Shown here: positions 29,772 to 39,900 of the stretch, piece by piece | Numbering within the stretch: position 1 is the first letter of the stretch | Layout of the letters: every line of letters begins with the position of its first letter | Assembly: GCA_052279835.1 (NCBI GenBank) | Contig: CP181291.1 | Coordinates: 3,616,001-3,680,000, forward strand | Length of the DNA: 64,000 nucleotides | From: Microcoleus sp. | Lineage (GTDB): Bacteria > Cyanobacteriota > Cyanobacteriia > Cyanobacteriales > Microcoleaceae | Direction: 5' to 3' | Position numbers and translations under genes: made by a program | The notes under the pieces: model-generated | The model's input: only the letters and a program-made list of their open reading frames with translations | What the model was told of the DNA's origin: nothing | Databases searched by the model: none

Positions 29772-30698
29772 TTAAAAACCCGGTTTCTCGCCACTTAACC
29801 TGTGATGTTCGTGCCAGTGTCGGGCGATATCGATGCGGCGACATACCCAAACCTTGTCATGCTGCTGCACGTAATCCAAAAAACGCCCCAGGGCCGCCGC
29901 CCGCCCCGGCCTTCCCGCCAAACGGCAGTGCAGCCCCACACTCATCATTTTGGGCGCTGTCTGGCCCTCGGCGTAAAGTAGGTCGAAAGCATCGCGCAGG
30001 TAAGCAAAAAATTGGTCGCCGGAATTAAACCCCTGATTGGTAGCAAACCTCATGTCGTTGTTGTCGAGGGTGTAGGGAATTACTAAGTGGGGTTTGCCGC
30101 CCTCGTACACCCAGTAAGGCAGGTCATCGGCGTAGCTGTCGGAATCGTAGAGAAAACCGCCTTCCTCCACTACTAGCTTGCGAGTGTGGGGGCTTGTGCG
30201 CCCGGTATACCAGCCGAGGGGACGGCTACCGGTAACTTGGGTATGAATGGCGATCGCCTTTTGCAGGTGCTCCCGTTCCGCCTCTTCCCCAAAATACTTA
30301 TAATCGATCCAGCGCCAGCCGTGGCTGGCAATTTCCCAATCGGCTTCTAGCATGGCTGCTACTGCTTCGGGATGCCTTTCTAATGCCATTGCTACCCCAT
30401 AAACTGTGAGTGGCATTCCCCTGGATGTAAACATCCGGTGCAGCCGCCAAAAACCCGCCCTACTGCCGTATTCGTAACAGGATTCCATGTTCATGTGGCG
30501 CATCCCGGATAAGGGGAGGGCCCCGACAATTTCGGATAAAAATGTTTCTGAAGAGTCATCTCCGTGGAGGATGCAGGTTTCTCCGCCTTCTTCGTAATTA
30601 ATGACAAATTGTAGGGCTATGCGGGCTGCTTGGGGCCATTTTGGGTCTGGGGGATTTTGACCGTAACCGATTAAGTCTCTTGGATAATTTGCTGGCAT
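29772..30698 (-). CDS. puuE: Allantoinase PuuE (polysaccharide deacetylase fold)
   Basis: YPRDLIGYG, FVINYEEGGE, YEYGSRAGFWR, HGWRWIDY, YTLDNNDMRF, SVGLHCRLAGRPGR. Confidence 0.93.
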   Translation of the reverse strand: MPANYPRDLIGYGQNPPDPKWPQAARIALQFVINYEEGGETCILHGDDSSETFLSEIVGALPLSGMRHMNMESCYEYGSRAGFWRLHRMFTSRGMPLTVYGVAMALERHPEAVAAMLEADWEIASHGWRWIDYKYFGEEAEREHLQKAIAIHTQVTGSRPLGWYTGRTSPHTRKLVVEEGGFLYDSDSYADDLPYWVYEGGKPHLVIPYTLDNNDMRFATNQGFNSGDQFFAYLRDAFDLLYAEGQTAPKMMSVGLHCRLAGRPGRAAALGRFLDYVQQHDKVWVCRRIDIARHWHEHHRLSGEKPGF

Positions 30699-30772
30699 AT
30701 AATTTATTTGTTATTTGTTGTTTGTTATTTGTTGTTTGTTATTTGTTAGTGGATAGTGGATAGTGATACTAA

Positions 30773-30846
30773 CCAATTCCCAATTCCCAATTCCCAATTC
30801 CCAATTCCCAATTCCCAATTCCCGATTCCCAATTCCCGATTCCCCA
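30773..30846. repeat. STRR heptamer tandem repeat (CCCAATT)n
   Basis: About 10 units directly visible; preceded by TTGTTAT-type units at about 30705-30750. Confidence 0.9.
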
Positions 30847-30853
30847 TCTCAAA

Positions 30854-31546
30854 TTATTGATTTTGTTCTATCTCCTGAATTTCTTTGATTACCCGCGCTT
30901 TGCTGGCAATTAAATGTTCTTTAATTGCTTGGGCTGCTGCGACGGGATTGTGTTCGATGACAGCTTCAAAAATGTGGCGGTGTTCGGTGCGGATTTCCAA
31001 TACTCCGGGATTGTATTGCATTGTACGGAGTCGCACTAAGATCATTTTGTCAAATACCTGATCTAACAGAGTTACCAACCAAGAATTGTCGGAACATTGG
31101 GCTAGCAATCGGTGAAATTGATAGTCTGCGTACAGCAATTGATAGTTTGTCAGTTCGCCCGATCGCACTTGTGTGTTATTTTCTGCTTGAGAGACGATGG
31201 ATTCGAGTTGTTTCAATTGAGCCTCTGTCGCATTTTGACTAGCCCCGGCGGCTGATAATTGTTCCAAAGCGATGCGACAATCGTAAAGATCCGCAGCATC
31301 GGCGATCGACAAGCTAGCAACTCGCAATCCATGATGGGGATCTGCGGTGACTAAATTCTCTCGTTGCAGTTGGCACAAAGCTTCTCTCACTGGAGTTCTG
31401 CTGACGTTTAACATTTCGGCCAGTTGTGTTTCGATCAATCGTTCTCCACCTGCTAATTCTCCCGACAGGATAGCAGTTCGGAGAGCTTGGTATGTTTGCT
31501 CGTGGAGGGATTGAGTGCGGCGAATCGCGCGAAATGACAGGCCCAA
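30854..31546 (-). CDS. GntR (FadR/FCD) transcriptional regulator
   Basis: [37 protein letters not shown] motifs D.QFH, N..L, EH..I. Confidence 0.93.
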   Translation of the reverse strand: MGLSFRAIRRTQSLHEQTYQALRTAILSGELAGGERLIETQLAEMLNVSRTPVREALCQLQRENLVTADPHHGLRVASLSIADAADLYDCRIALEQLSAAGASQNATEAQLKQLESIVSQAENNTQVRSGELTNYQLLYADYQFHRLLAQCSDNSWLVTLLDQVFDKMILVRLRTMQYNPGVLEIRTEHRHIFEAVIEHNPVAAAQAIKEHLIASKARVIKEIQEIEQNQ

Positions 31547-31788
31547 AATTACTTATCCTTAAGTTCAAACTAGAGTGAATTCTCTATTGTTAAAAATTGT
31601 TAATTCAGCCGCATATCTAAACTTTTATGTTATATGAAAGTCGGTTTGGGCTGACTTACGATCGATCATACAGCACATTGAAGCTTCTGTAGCAGGTAGG
31701 CATAGATTGCAGGTGACAGGTCTGTAGGGACTTGAGTTTGGTGCTCCCGGTGCCAACCACCATGGGCTTGGACGAAGTACGGCAGCAT

Positions 31789-31927
31789 TCCGGCAGGGGT
31801 TTAAACCCCTGCCTCAAAGCGAAAGTCGGTTGAAACCGACTAAAGAGGTTGATGGAAACTGCGATTCATTTTAGTCCTCTTTGAGAGGACTTTCGCTATG
31901 AGACAGGGGTTTTTAACCCCTGTCGGA
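31789..31927. repeat. Compound palindromic MITE/REP-like element
   Basis: Terminal hairpins CAGGGGTTTAAACCCCTG and CAGGGGTTTTTAACCCCTG; inner arms AGCGAAAGTC / GACTTTCGCT. Confidence 0.75.
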
Positions 31928-31946
31928 CTGTCGGGAAAGCACTTGC

Positions 31947-34016
31947 TTAAAAGCTAAACTGAGTGCGCAGATTTCCGATAAATACGGTGGGGTTGCCATC
32001 AAAATTGTTGGCATTAAAGATAGCATAAAATGCCGGGACGATCGCAATATTATTCGTAATCGGGTAGTAGTACGAACCCTCTACTTCGTACTGAGTACCT
32101 CCATTACCCCCGCCTGAGAGCAAAAATCTGCGGCCGGATATGTAATCCTGGGGAACCACAAAGGAAATTACTCCCAATGCTCCCTTTTTTCCCAAATCGG
32201 GAAATCCCATGCCGAGTTGCAAAGATTGTACCTTAATATCTCCGCCTGAGCGATCGCGATTTACTGGATTTACTTCAAGTTGGCCGTAGGAATAGCGCCC
32301 GAATAAACCAAAATTACGGCTCAGCAACCAATCAAAATTAACCACAAAAGTATCAGCGCCGGAGTCTCTAACTCTACCCCCGAAACCATCATCTGCATAG
32401 CCGTAAGGGAGTGGTTCGCCCACTGCTCCGCCGATGAATCCATTATAAGGTTTGAGGCTCGATCGCGCGTAAATCAGTCTCAGATTGAAAGATTTGCTGG
32501 GGGCGTATTCCAACTGTGCTGTCATCGTGTTGGAACTGTTGAACAAACCATCGCTGGGATTGCTAGCGGTATTAAATACCGCAGGATTCAAAAATTCGGT
32601 ATTTTCCGCCATATAAGCAGCGGTGAATTTCAGCGGTTTGGCAACTTGCCAAGTGACAGCAGCGCCCGCTCCGCGATCGACTGCATTTAACAGTGTACTG
32701 CCGTTCGAGTTAAAACTGGTTGCTCCCCTCAGAAAGAATGTGAAACGATTGCCGTCAAAATAGCGATAATAGTTTAACCGCGGTCCGATCGCAACTTGCA
32801 CCTTATCTCCCACTGGAAACGTGTAAGACATCTCGCGAATTCCCACAGTATTTGCCGTCGGTACGCCAGTTTGATCTAAAAACGGCGTTCCCCAAGAGTT
32901 GTAAAAACCCGCTGATACGAGTTCATTTGCAGGCGAGTTGCCGTTCCCAAATACTAACTGAGTTACCAGGGAATCTTTGCCTGTAAATGAAGTATTTAGG
33001 GTCAAAAAAGCGTAGTAGCTAAAAGTAGTTTCCGGGCGATCGCGTTCGACGCGAGTCGGTCGATTATTGGCATCGCGAGTTGGAGGAGCAAAGGCACTAC
33101 CGGGCGCGGTGCGGCTGCGTTCAGCAGTGATATCGCCTGTGGGAAATGCTGATGTCAGGTTGAACCAAACCGTACCATTTAGTTTAGTGGTGGTCGAGAA
33201 TTGATTGGATTCTAGCTCGGCTGTGCGAGCTTCTAATACATCGATTCTACCGCGAAGGATTGCTAGTTCGGCTGCAAATTGTTCTTGCAGTTTTTGGACT
33301 TTTTCTACATCTTCTTTTTTGACTAAATTAGAACCTCCGGCTCTGATTAATTCCGTAACTTTATCTAGACACGCATTTAAGCCGGCGGCAAATTCGTAGC
33401 GCGTCATGGCTCGATTTCCGCGATAAGTACCGTCGGGATATCCTGCGATACATCCGTAGCGTTCAACTAAGGATTGCAGTGCGCCAAATGCCCAGTCTGT
33501 GGGTTTGACATCGCTGAGTTGGGAAACGGAGGTGACTTGCTCGATTTGGGAAGCGTCGTTGATTTCTAGGCTATCTATTTGTGGGATATCGGTGATAGTT
33601 GTAGCCGGATTTTGCTCTGTTTGAATTGACTCTGCTAAGTCGTTAGATGCGCCGGATGCTTGGGCTGTTGTTTCTGTCTGCTTTATTTCGCTATTTTGAG
33701 ATATTTCGGCAGGTTTTTCGCTGTCTGTAGCGACGGAAATATTCTCAGTGGGCGGAAGTTTTTCTGGTTCGATATCCGCGGTTTTTTCTGGCGTTACCGC
33801 TGGATTTATCTGTGGTTGAGTTGGTGCGATCGGAACTGACGATTCTACTAATTTGTCCTGTGGTAATTCGGCTGTTTGGGTGGTTGCTTCCTCGGTTTGC
33901 AAAATCAAATTTTCCGCAGCAGAGCTTGCCGGAGGATGCAGCAAATGAATACAAAAAAAGGCTGGCGTTGCTGTCAGCAGGATTTGGGAAAACAAAAATT
34001 TAGACATGATCCTCAC
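31947..34016 (-). CDS. Cyanobacterial SLH-domain porin (OprB / iron-uptake porin family)
   Basis: QVTSVSQLSDVKPTDWAF.ALQSLVERYGCIAGYPDGTYRGNRAMTRYEFAAGLNACL, QFSTTTKL, C-terminal LRTQFSF. Confidence 0.93.
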   Translation of the reverse strand: MRIMSKFLFSQILLTATPAFFCIHLLHPPASSAAENLILQTEEATTQTAELPQDKLVESSVPIAPTQPQINPAVTPEKTADIEPEKLPPTENISVATDSEKPAEISQNSEIKQTETTAQASGASNDLAESIQTEQNPATTITDIPQIDSLEINDASQIEQVTSVSQLSDVKPTDWAFGALQSLVERYGCIAGYPDGTYRGNRAMTRYEFAAGLNACLDKVTELIRAGGSNLVKKEDVEKVQKLQEQFAAELAILRGRIDVLEARTAELESNQFSTTTKLNGTVWFNLTSAFPTGDITAERSRTAPGSAFAPPTRDANNRPTRVERDRPETTFSYYAFLTLNTSFTGKDSLVTQLVFGNGNSPANELVSAGFYNSWGTPFLDQTGVPTANTVGIREMSYTFPVGDKVQVAIGPRLNYYRYFDGNRFTFFLRGATSFNSNGSTLLNAVDRGAGAAVTWQVAKPLKFTAAYMAENTEFLNPAVFNTASNPSDGLFNSSNTMTAQLEYAPSKSFNLRLIYARSSLKPYNGFIGGAVGEPLPYGYADDGFGGRVRDSGADTFVVNFDWLLSRNFGLFGRYSYGQLEVNPVNRDRSGGDIKVQSLQLGMGFPDLGKKGALGVISFVVPQDYISGRRFLLSGGGNGGTQYEVEGSYYYPITNNIAIVPAFYAIFNANNFDGNPTVFIGNLRTQFSF

Positions 34017-34042
34017 ACCGTAAATATCGAATAGCGAAATGG

Positions 34043-34262
34043 GAGGCAGAGCCTCTGGATCTGCGTTACCAGGCTCTGCCTGGTAACGAGTAGAGGGGGG
34101 GACAAGATTCCGATCTTTCGTCCCCCCTTGGGGGGTAGGGGGGGGGCTAGGGAAGCCTCTGGATCTGCGTTACCAGGCTCTGCCTGGTAACGAGTAGAGC
34201 CTGGTAACGAGTAGATTTGCGCGGAGGCGGACTTTGTTTGACAAGGAGCGGTTTGAACCGCC
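34043..34262. repeat. Mixed repeat cluster (GGCAGAGCC family, G-rich unit, GCGGAGGCGGACTTTGTTT...GCGGTTTGAACCGCC element)
   Basis: Last element is present inverted at 57284-57325. Confidence 0.8.
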
Positions 34263-34272
34263 GATCGATCTT

Positions 34273-35394
34273 TTAAGTCAAAGGTTTGCGATCGCCCGCC
34301 GCAGGTAAAGCCCGCTCTTCTTTGGGAGGTAAATAGCTCTCATCAACTATCTGATTAACTGGTGGCGCTGTAATTTTCAAGACTTCTGCTACTTGTTTCG
34401 CTGTCGCTTCCAGACGAGTTGGATCGATTCCGCCCAAGCCTACTTTTTCCACTTCGGGAGTTATGTACAGCCTTTCTAAAGCAATTTGCAGGCGGCGCTT
34501 TTCGGCATTTTTGTCCATCAAGCTGTCTCCGGCTTTTACCACAGATGCCAATCCGGCTGTCGGATCTTTTAACGTATCTTGGAGTCCTTTAAAATACGCT
34601 CTCAAAAAGCCTTTTACTACTTCGGGATTTTTCTCTAAAAATGCTTTTTTGACAACGATCGCATTTCCGTACAAATCTAAACCGTTATCGGTATAGTAAA
34701 AGACGTTCATATCTTCTGGCTTTTTGCCTGCTTTTTCTAACGCAGGGACGATGGTGGTTGCAAAACCGCTGACTGCATCCACGTCGCCTTTAATTAATAA
34801 TGTTTCGCGCAGCTTTGGTTCCATGGTAATCCACTCTACGCCATCGGCGGGTACGCCCACTTTTTGGGCAAATACCGGCCACAATTTGCGCGGTGCATCT
34901 CCTGCGGGAGCTCCTAGCTTTTTGCTGGCTAATGCTTTGGGATCTGCTATGTTGCTCGATTTGAGGGTGACTATGGAAAAGGCCGATCGATTGTAAGGTA
35001 CTGCAACTGCTACTACTGGATCGTTGGGATTCTTGGCGTTGAACTCCATCATGGAGTAAATATCGCCAAATCCGATCTCGAATTGACCTGCTGCAACTTT
35101 GGTAATTGTATCCGAGGAACCGTAGCCGCGCTCGATTTTCACATCCAATCCTTCGGCTGGAAAATAGCCTTTGTCGATCGCCATTGTCAGCGGTGCGTTG
35201 TCGCCTTGTAACAGCCAAGATGGATTGACTTTAATGGTGCGTTTCTGTGACGTATCGGCGGCTGTGGTGGCAGTTGCTCCCCCCGATGCTGGGGTAGTTG
35301 CGGCATTCGGCTGCTGAGATTGGCAGCTACTTAGAATCAGTAGCGCTGCGATCGGCACTAGGGATAGCGATCGTCCTAACCACGTATTTTTCAT
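34273..35394 (-). CDS. ABC transporter substrate-binding lipoprotein, NMT1/THI5-like
   Basis: Lipobox LSSC, AIDKGYFPAEGLDVKI..GYGS, DLYGNAIVV; purine cluster context. Confidence 0.85.
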   Translation of the reverse strand: MKNTWLGRSLSLVPIAALLILSSCQSQQPNAATTPASGGATATTAADTSQKRTIKVNPSWLLQGDNAPLTMAIDKGYFPAEGLDVKIERGYGSSDTITKVAAGQFEIGFGDIYSMMEFNAKNPNDPVVAVAVPYNRSAFSIVTLKSSNIADPKALASKKLGAPAGDAPRKLWPVFAQKVGVPADGVEWITMEPKLRETLLIKGDVDAVSGFATTIVPALEKAGKKPEDMNVFYYTDNGLDLYGNAIVVKKAFLEKNPEVVKGFLRAYFKGLQDTLKDPTAGLASVVKAGDSLMDKNAEKRRLQIALERLYITPEVEKVGLGGIDPTRLEATAKQVAEVLKITAPPVNQIVDESYLPPKEERALPAAGDRKPLT

Positions 35395-35508
35395 GAAAAA
35401 AAGCTTGCTATTTGGACCACAAACTGAGGGGAAAACCTCTCTAGCCCACCAAACGCGATCGCTTATGTTTGCGGATTTCGCGTCAAAGTAAAGCTGCTAA
35501 TCGGCTTC

Positions 35509-35740
35509 TTGTATACTGTATTCTTTTGTTTTTAGGCATACTGTATACAAAAACACAGTTTTTCGGTTTTTGTCAAACAATAATCAAATAGACAAGGGGA
35601 GATTTGGGGCGGTATTTGCTGATACTGCGATCGCTTGCTTGATTATCCAAAAGTTTGTATTTTCTGATACAGACACCAGAACTATTATCTAGAATAACTA
35701 TAAGTTATAACTTTTGAAATAATTACTGTATACAGCATAC
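35509..35740. promoter_or_regulatory. Divergent promoter region with three GTATAC-type operators and an NtcA box (TGTA-TTTTCTGA-TACA, 35656-35671)
   Basis: Motifs read directly from the sequence. Confidence 0.6.
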
Positions 35741-35803
35741 GAATAATAAAACGGTGAAGAAAATACTGTTGAGTTTATCCGAAAAAAAGGAGGTAGAGTA
35801 ACT

Positions 35804-36631
35804 GTGGTACAGCCTAAAATGGTAACAGATGCGATCGAAACACAAGAACCGACTCTTTTGGAATTCGATCGCGTGGGTTTAGAGTATCGAGTTGACGGCC
35901 AACCCAGACGAATTATCGACGAGATTTCGCTGTCGATCGCCCAAGGAGAATTTGTGTCCTTTGTAGGGCCGAGTGGCTGCGGTAAAACATCAATCTTGAG
36001 GATGGTTTCTGGGCTGTCTCCAGCGCCGATTGGCGAAGTTAGGATGCGGGAAAAGAAAATTACCAAACCGCTAAAAAATGTCGGAATTGCCTTTCAGAAT
36101 CCAGTGCTGTTACCTTGGCGAAATACCCTCGACAACGTACTTTTGCCGCTGGAAGTAGTGCAGCCGTACAAGCGAGAATTTAAAGAGCCGGCGCGACGGG
36201 AAAAGTTTGTGCGCCAAGCCCAAGAATTGTTAGCTACAGTGGGATTGCAAGACTTTCAGAAACAGTTTCCCTGGCAATTGTCAGGCGGAATGCGGCAGAG
36301 AGCTTCCCTGTGTCGGGGATTAATTCACCAACCGGAAATCCTGCTGTTAGACGAACCTTTTGGGGCGTTAGATGCTTTCACTCGCGAGGAAATGTGGGTG
36401 ATGTTGCAAGAGTTGTGGATGCGGGTGAAGTGCGTTTGCATCCTGATCACTCACGATTTGCGCGAGGCAGTTTTCTTGTCAGATACAGTTTACGTGATGG
36501 GCCCGCGTCCGAGTTCGATCGTCTACAAAGTAAAAGTCAATCTCCCGCGTCCCACTAATCTAGATATGATTCTGTCGGATGATTTCAACCACATCGTAGC
36601 AGAAATACGCCGCCACATTCACCGCAACTAA
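35804..36631 (+). CDS. ABC transporter ATP-binding protein (TauB/SsuB type)
   Basis: GPSGCGKT, LSGGMRQR, LLLDEPFGALD, ITHD. Confidence 0.93.
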   Translation: MVQPKMVTDAIETQEPTLLEFDRVGLEYRVDGQPRRIIDEISLSIAQGEFVSFVGPSGCGKTSILRMVSGLSPAPIGEVRMREKKITKPLKNVGIAFQNPVLLPWRNTLDNVLLPLEVVQPYKREFKEPARREKFVRQAQELLATVGLQDFQKQFPWQLSGGMRQRASLCRGLIHQPEILLLDEPFGALDAFTREEMWVMLQELWMRVKCVCILITHDLREAVFLSDTVYVMGPRPSSIVYKVKVNLPRPTNLDMILSDDFNHIVAEIRRHIHRN

Positions 36632-36645
36632 AAAACGAGAAAGCA

Positions 36646-37416
36646 ATGGATAATTTAGAGAAATTTGCACGCTCAAAAACAGCAAGTGTTGTGATGCCAA
36701 TTGCTGCGACTATCTTGCTGTTCCTGGTGTGGGAAATTCTGGTATTTTTGTTGAAAATTCCTCCCTATAACTTGCCCGCACCTTCTGCGATTCTGGCCGC
36801 CACTTTCAACCAAAGTCAGGCACTGATCGAAAACAGCGGCCAAACTTTGTTTACAACTTTAGCGGGTTTCATCATCGCCATTGTCGCTGGCATAGTGCTG
36901 GGGTTTTTGATCGGGTATTCGCGCATTGCCTATCTAGTTCTGTACCCCCTATTAGTGGGGTTCAATACTGTACCGAAAGTCGCGTTAGTTCCGCTGTTTG
37001 CGCTGTGGTTTGGCATCGGTACAGTGCCTGCAATTTTGACTGCTTTTTTGCTGGCATTTTTCCCGATCGCGGTTAACGTAGCTTTAGGATTAGATACAGT
37101 GGAACCAGAGATGAAGGATGTGATGCGATCGCTTGGTGCATCCCAGATTGAAATTTTCCAAAAAGTGGGTTTCCCCCACACCTTACCCTACGTCTTTGCA
37201 TCCCTAAAAGTAGCAATTTCCCTTGCCTTTGTCGGCGCTGTAATTTCGGAAACAGTAGCATCCAACAAAGGCTTAGGCTACCTAATTGTCACGGCGAGTT
37301 CTAACTTTGACGTGCCTTTAGGTTTTGCAGGATTGATGGTGTTGGCAGTAATGGGAACCGCACTTTACGGCTTGTTTGCGGCGGCGGAGAAATACCTAAT
37401 TTACTGGGCGCGCTGA
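36646..37416 (+). CDS. ABC transporter permease (TauC/SsuC type)
   Basis: LPAPS, PKVALVPLF.LWFG, EAA-like loop RSLGAS, GLGYLI. Confidence 0.92.
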   Translation: MDNLEKFARSKTASVVMPIAATILLFLVWEILVFLLKIPPYNLPAPSAILAATFNQSQALIENSGQTLFTTLAGFIIAIVAGIVLGFLIGYSRIAYLVLYPLLVGFNTVPKVALVPLFALWFGIGTVPAILTAFLLAFFPIAVNVALGLDTVEPEMKDVMRSLGASQIEIFQKVGFPHTLPYVFASLKVAISLAFVGAVISETVASNKGLGYLIVTASSNFDVPLGFAGLMVLAVMGTALYGLFAAAEKYLIYWAR

Positions 37417-37630
37417 TGGGATGGATTCAACCAAACCCAGTGCCGAAAATTGCCGTGCATATGGCCTAAAGGTTCTTCGTGCCCAGGCTGTTTGATGTCT
37501 GCTACAGGTACTGGCGCGGGGGATTTTTTTGTGAATTTGCGATTGAAGAATGTCATAACTTTGTCTCCAAGATGGTTTGTCTGGGAAGCACATGGAAACC
37601 TGTCACCATAGCTGGTAAAAGTATAGTCAT

Positions 37631-38908
37631 CTATGACATGACTAAGGAGGCGTTGAGTCCCTCCCCCTTCACTTTTACTTCGAGCGGATTGACCCGCCTC
37701 GGCTGAACTACACAGCTCCCTATCCCATCGCTAAAAGCATTTGGGATTGCTTTTCTCAAAATATTATAAGACCCGTTAACATCAGCGTTAATCAATCGAC
37801 CCGATGATGTTCTATACAATCCTCTCTTAATTCGCTGACCACTAAATGTGACATCGAAGGTTCCAATATTCCCGTAGACAGGAATTGGATCTAAATTCAG
37901 GAAGTTCGATTTGGAAGTATAGGATTCTTCTTGTTCTATTACCTTTATTCCCATCAATTCAGCTTTGTACTTCAACATTTCAATTAGTCGAGCATGAGGA
38001 ATGTTTACAAAGCTTTGATTAGTTTTCCTGCCTAAATCAAGCTCGTTTTTCCATTGTGCATTTTTGCCAATTACTAGCGTCCCGATATTTCGTGAGCCGA
38101 GAACATTGATGATATACCGACTAGCAGAGTGCAAGTAATTATCGACTTTTTGATGGCGACAACGGGTTAAACGCTGAATCCGTGATGAAGTTTTACGCAG
38201 ACCTTTTAACTGAGATTGTAGTCGTGCCTTACGCTTGTTGTAAAACTGATTAATTGATTTTAATGGTCGCCCGTTAATCAGTAGAGGCACAAAACCCGAC
38301 TGATTTGAAGTTAACGCCACTAAATTATTTAGCCCTAAATCGATACTAGCAATTGCTTCTTTCGGAATTGCAATGTCGGTGGACTGCGACTCATGATAAA
38401 TTACCTCGATTACATAACAATCACATTTGGGAACCAGTCTCACTTGACAAAGTTGTTCGGGCTTTACAAGAGTCCTTATTGAGATCTTCGTACCGGAAAG
38501 CTGGATAATTCCTTTTTTTAATTGCTTACTACTAATTGCCTGTATCGTATACACGAGAATATTTCGACCCTTGACTTTATCTTTGTACTTAGGTAACTTC
38601 GGGCGACCAGTGAATCTCGTGGGTTCATTTTTGTAAGCTTTGACTGCTTCAAAGAAAGATTTCCAATTCTTGTCCAATATCATCAATATTTGTTGACTTA
38701 CTTTGGCTGGTAATTCCTTGTATGCTTGATGAGATTTCATCAAACAATTCATTTCATTGTAATTTATATAACCCCATCCATAGACAAAACTCTGACGAAT
38801 CACGTAGTTAGCGGCATTGTAGAGATTTTTGGATTTAAAGGCTAAGCCGTCTATTTCAACAAAACGATGTTCTGTGGATTTAATGATGTGTCTCTCTGCT
38901 AGTTGCAT
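37631..38908 (-). mobile_element. tnpB: Solo TnpB (IS200/IS605-IS607 accessory RNA-guided nuclease), no tnpA adjacent
   Basis: SKNLYNAANY, PKLPKYK, ASIDLGLNNL, EESYTSK, INADVNGSYNILRK. Confidence 0.92.
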
Positions 38909-39221
38909 TCAGACTTTCCATTTTTTAACGATCGCCATAATTCTCGCTTGTTGACCCTTATGACTATATGATACTACCATTGCTTACTACTGCTTACAAA
39001 CTTAATAAAGTTTTATAATACCAGCTTGATTTGGTATGTCCGAATATTTTTCTGTGCCTTATGATACTATTTTACAACTATTTTGGTGGAAAGTATCGCC
39101 CGAGCGGGTGATATTTCCTGCATTTAAATTGTCATGGGAGCCCAGAAACCGGGTTTTTTACCGAATCTGCGGGCTGTAAGGCAGTATTTTCGTAAAAACC
39201 CGGTTTTTTGAGTCGGAGTGA

Positions 39222-39725
39222 TTAATTTCGGATTGCTGACTCCAGCCGAAAGCGGGCTATTTGGCAAATTTCAGCGACAGCCTGCTGCATTTCCTTTTCT
39301 GGGGAATTGTCGAGGCGCTGTTTAAAGACTTCTAGAATGCTGGTTTTAGTGTGGTTTTTTACCGCCACAATAAAGGGAAAACCAAACTTTTGGCGGTAGG
39401 ATCGGTTGAGGGATTGAAAGCGATCGAACTCTTCAACCGATAGCCTATCCAAACCCGCACCGGCTTGTTCGCTAACGGAGGCTTCTGCCATTTTTGCTTT
39501 GCTTCCTAAATCTGGGTGGGCTTGAATTAAAGCTAGTTTTTCGCCGACAGTCATGGCGCTGACTACTGTTACCATTTTGGCGTATAAGTCGGCTGTGGAT
39601 GCAAAAGGGCAATCGTCCCAAGTGCGACGGGCGATGTCGGGTGTGTGTTCAAAAATCGCCCCCAGGGCTTGTGTAAATTTTTCCTGGCTGAGTTGGTTGA
39701 GTTCAACTAAAGAATATTGGTGCAT
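39222..39725 (-). CDS. uraD: OHCU decarboxylase
   Basis: IFEHTP, AHPDLG, SVSEQAGAGL, Y.QKFGFPFIVAVK, EICQIARFRL. Confidence 0.95.
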   Translation of the reverse strand: MHQYSLVELNQLSQEKFTQALGAIFEHTPDIARRTWDDCPFASTADLYAKMVTVVSAMTVGEKLALIQAHPDLGSKAKMAEASVSEQAGAGLDRLSVEEFDRFQSLNRSYRQKFGFPFIVAVKNHTKTSILEVFKQRLDNSPEKEMQQAVAEICQIARFRLESAIRN

Positions 39726-39900
39726 TGTAAATCTGGTTAATTTCTGTAGTGGTAAGGTGCGCTCCATTAATGTCAACTATAGGCTGAAACCATTGAAAAA
39801 TCTCGTCTTTACCTAAATCTATATCCCCCTAAATCCCCCTTAAGAAGGGGGACTTTAAGAGCGCTATAATGGCTAATGACTAATAACTAATGACTAATGA

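Noticed and set aside
38909..39221. tnpA transposase upstream of tnpB
   Set aside because: No HUH/Y1 or serine recombinase ORF is visible, and the gap is short and partly repeat DNA.
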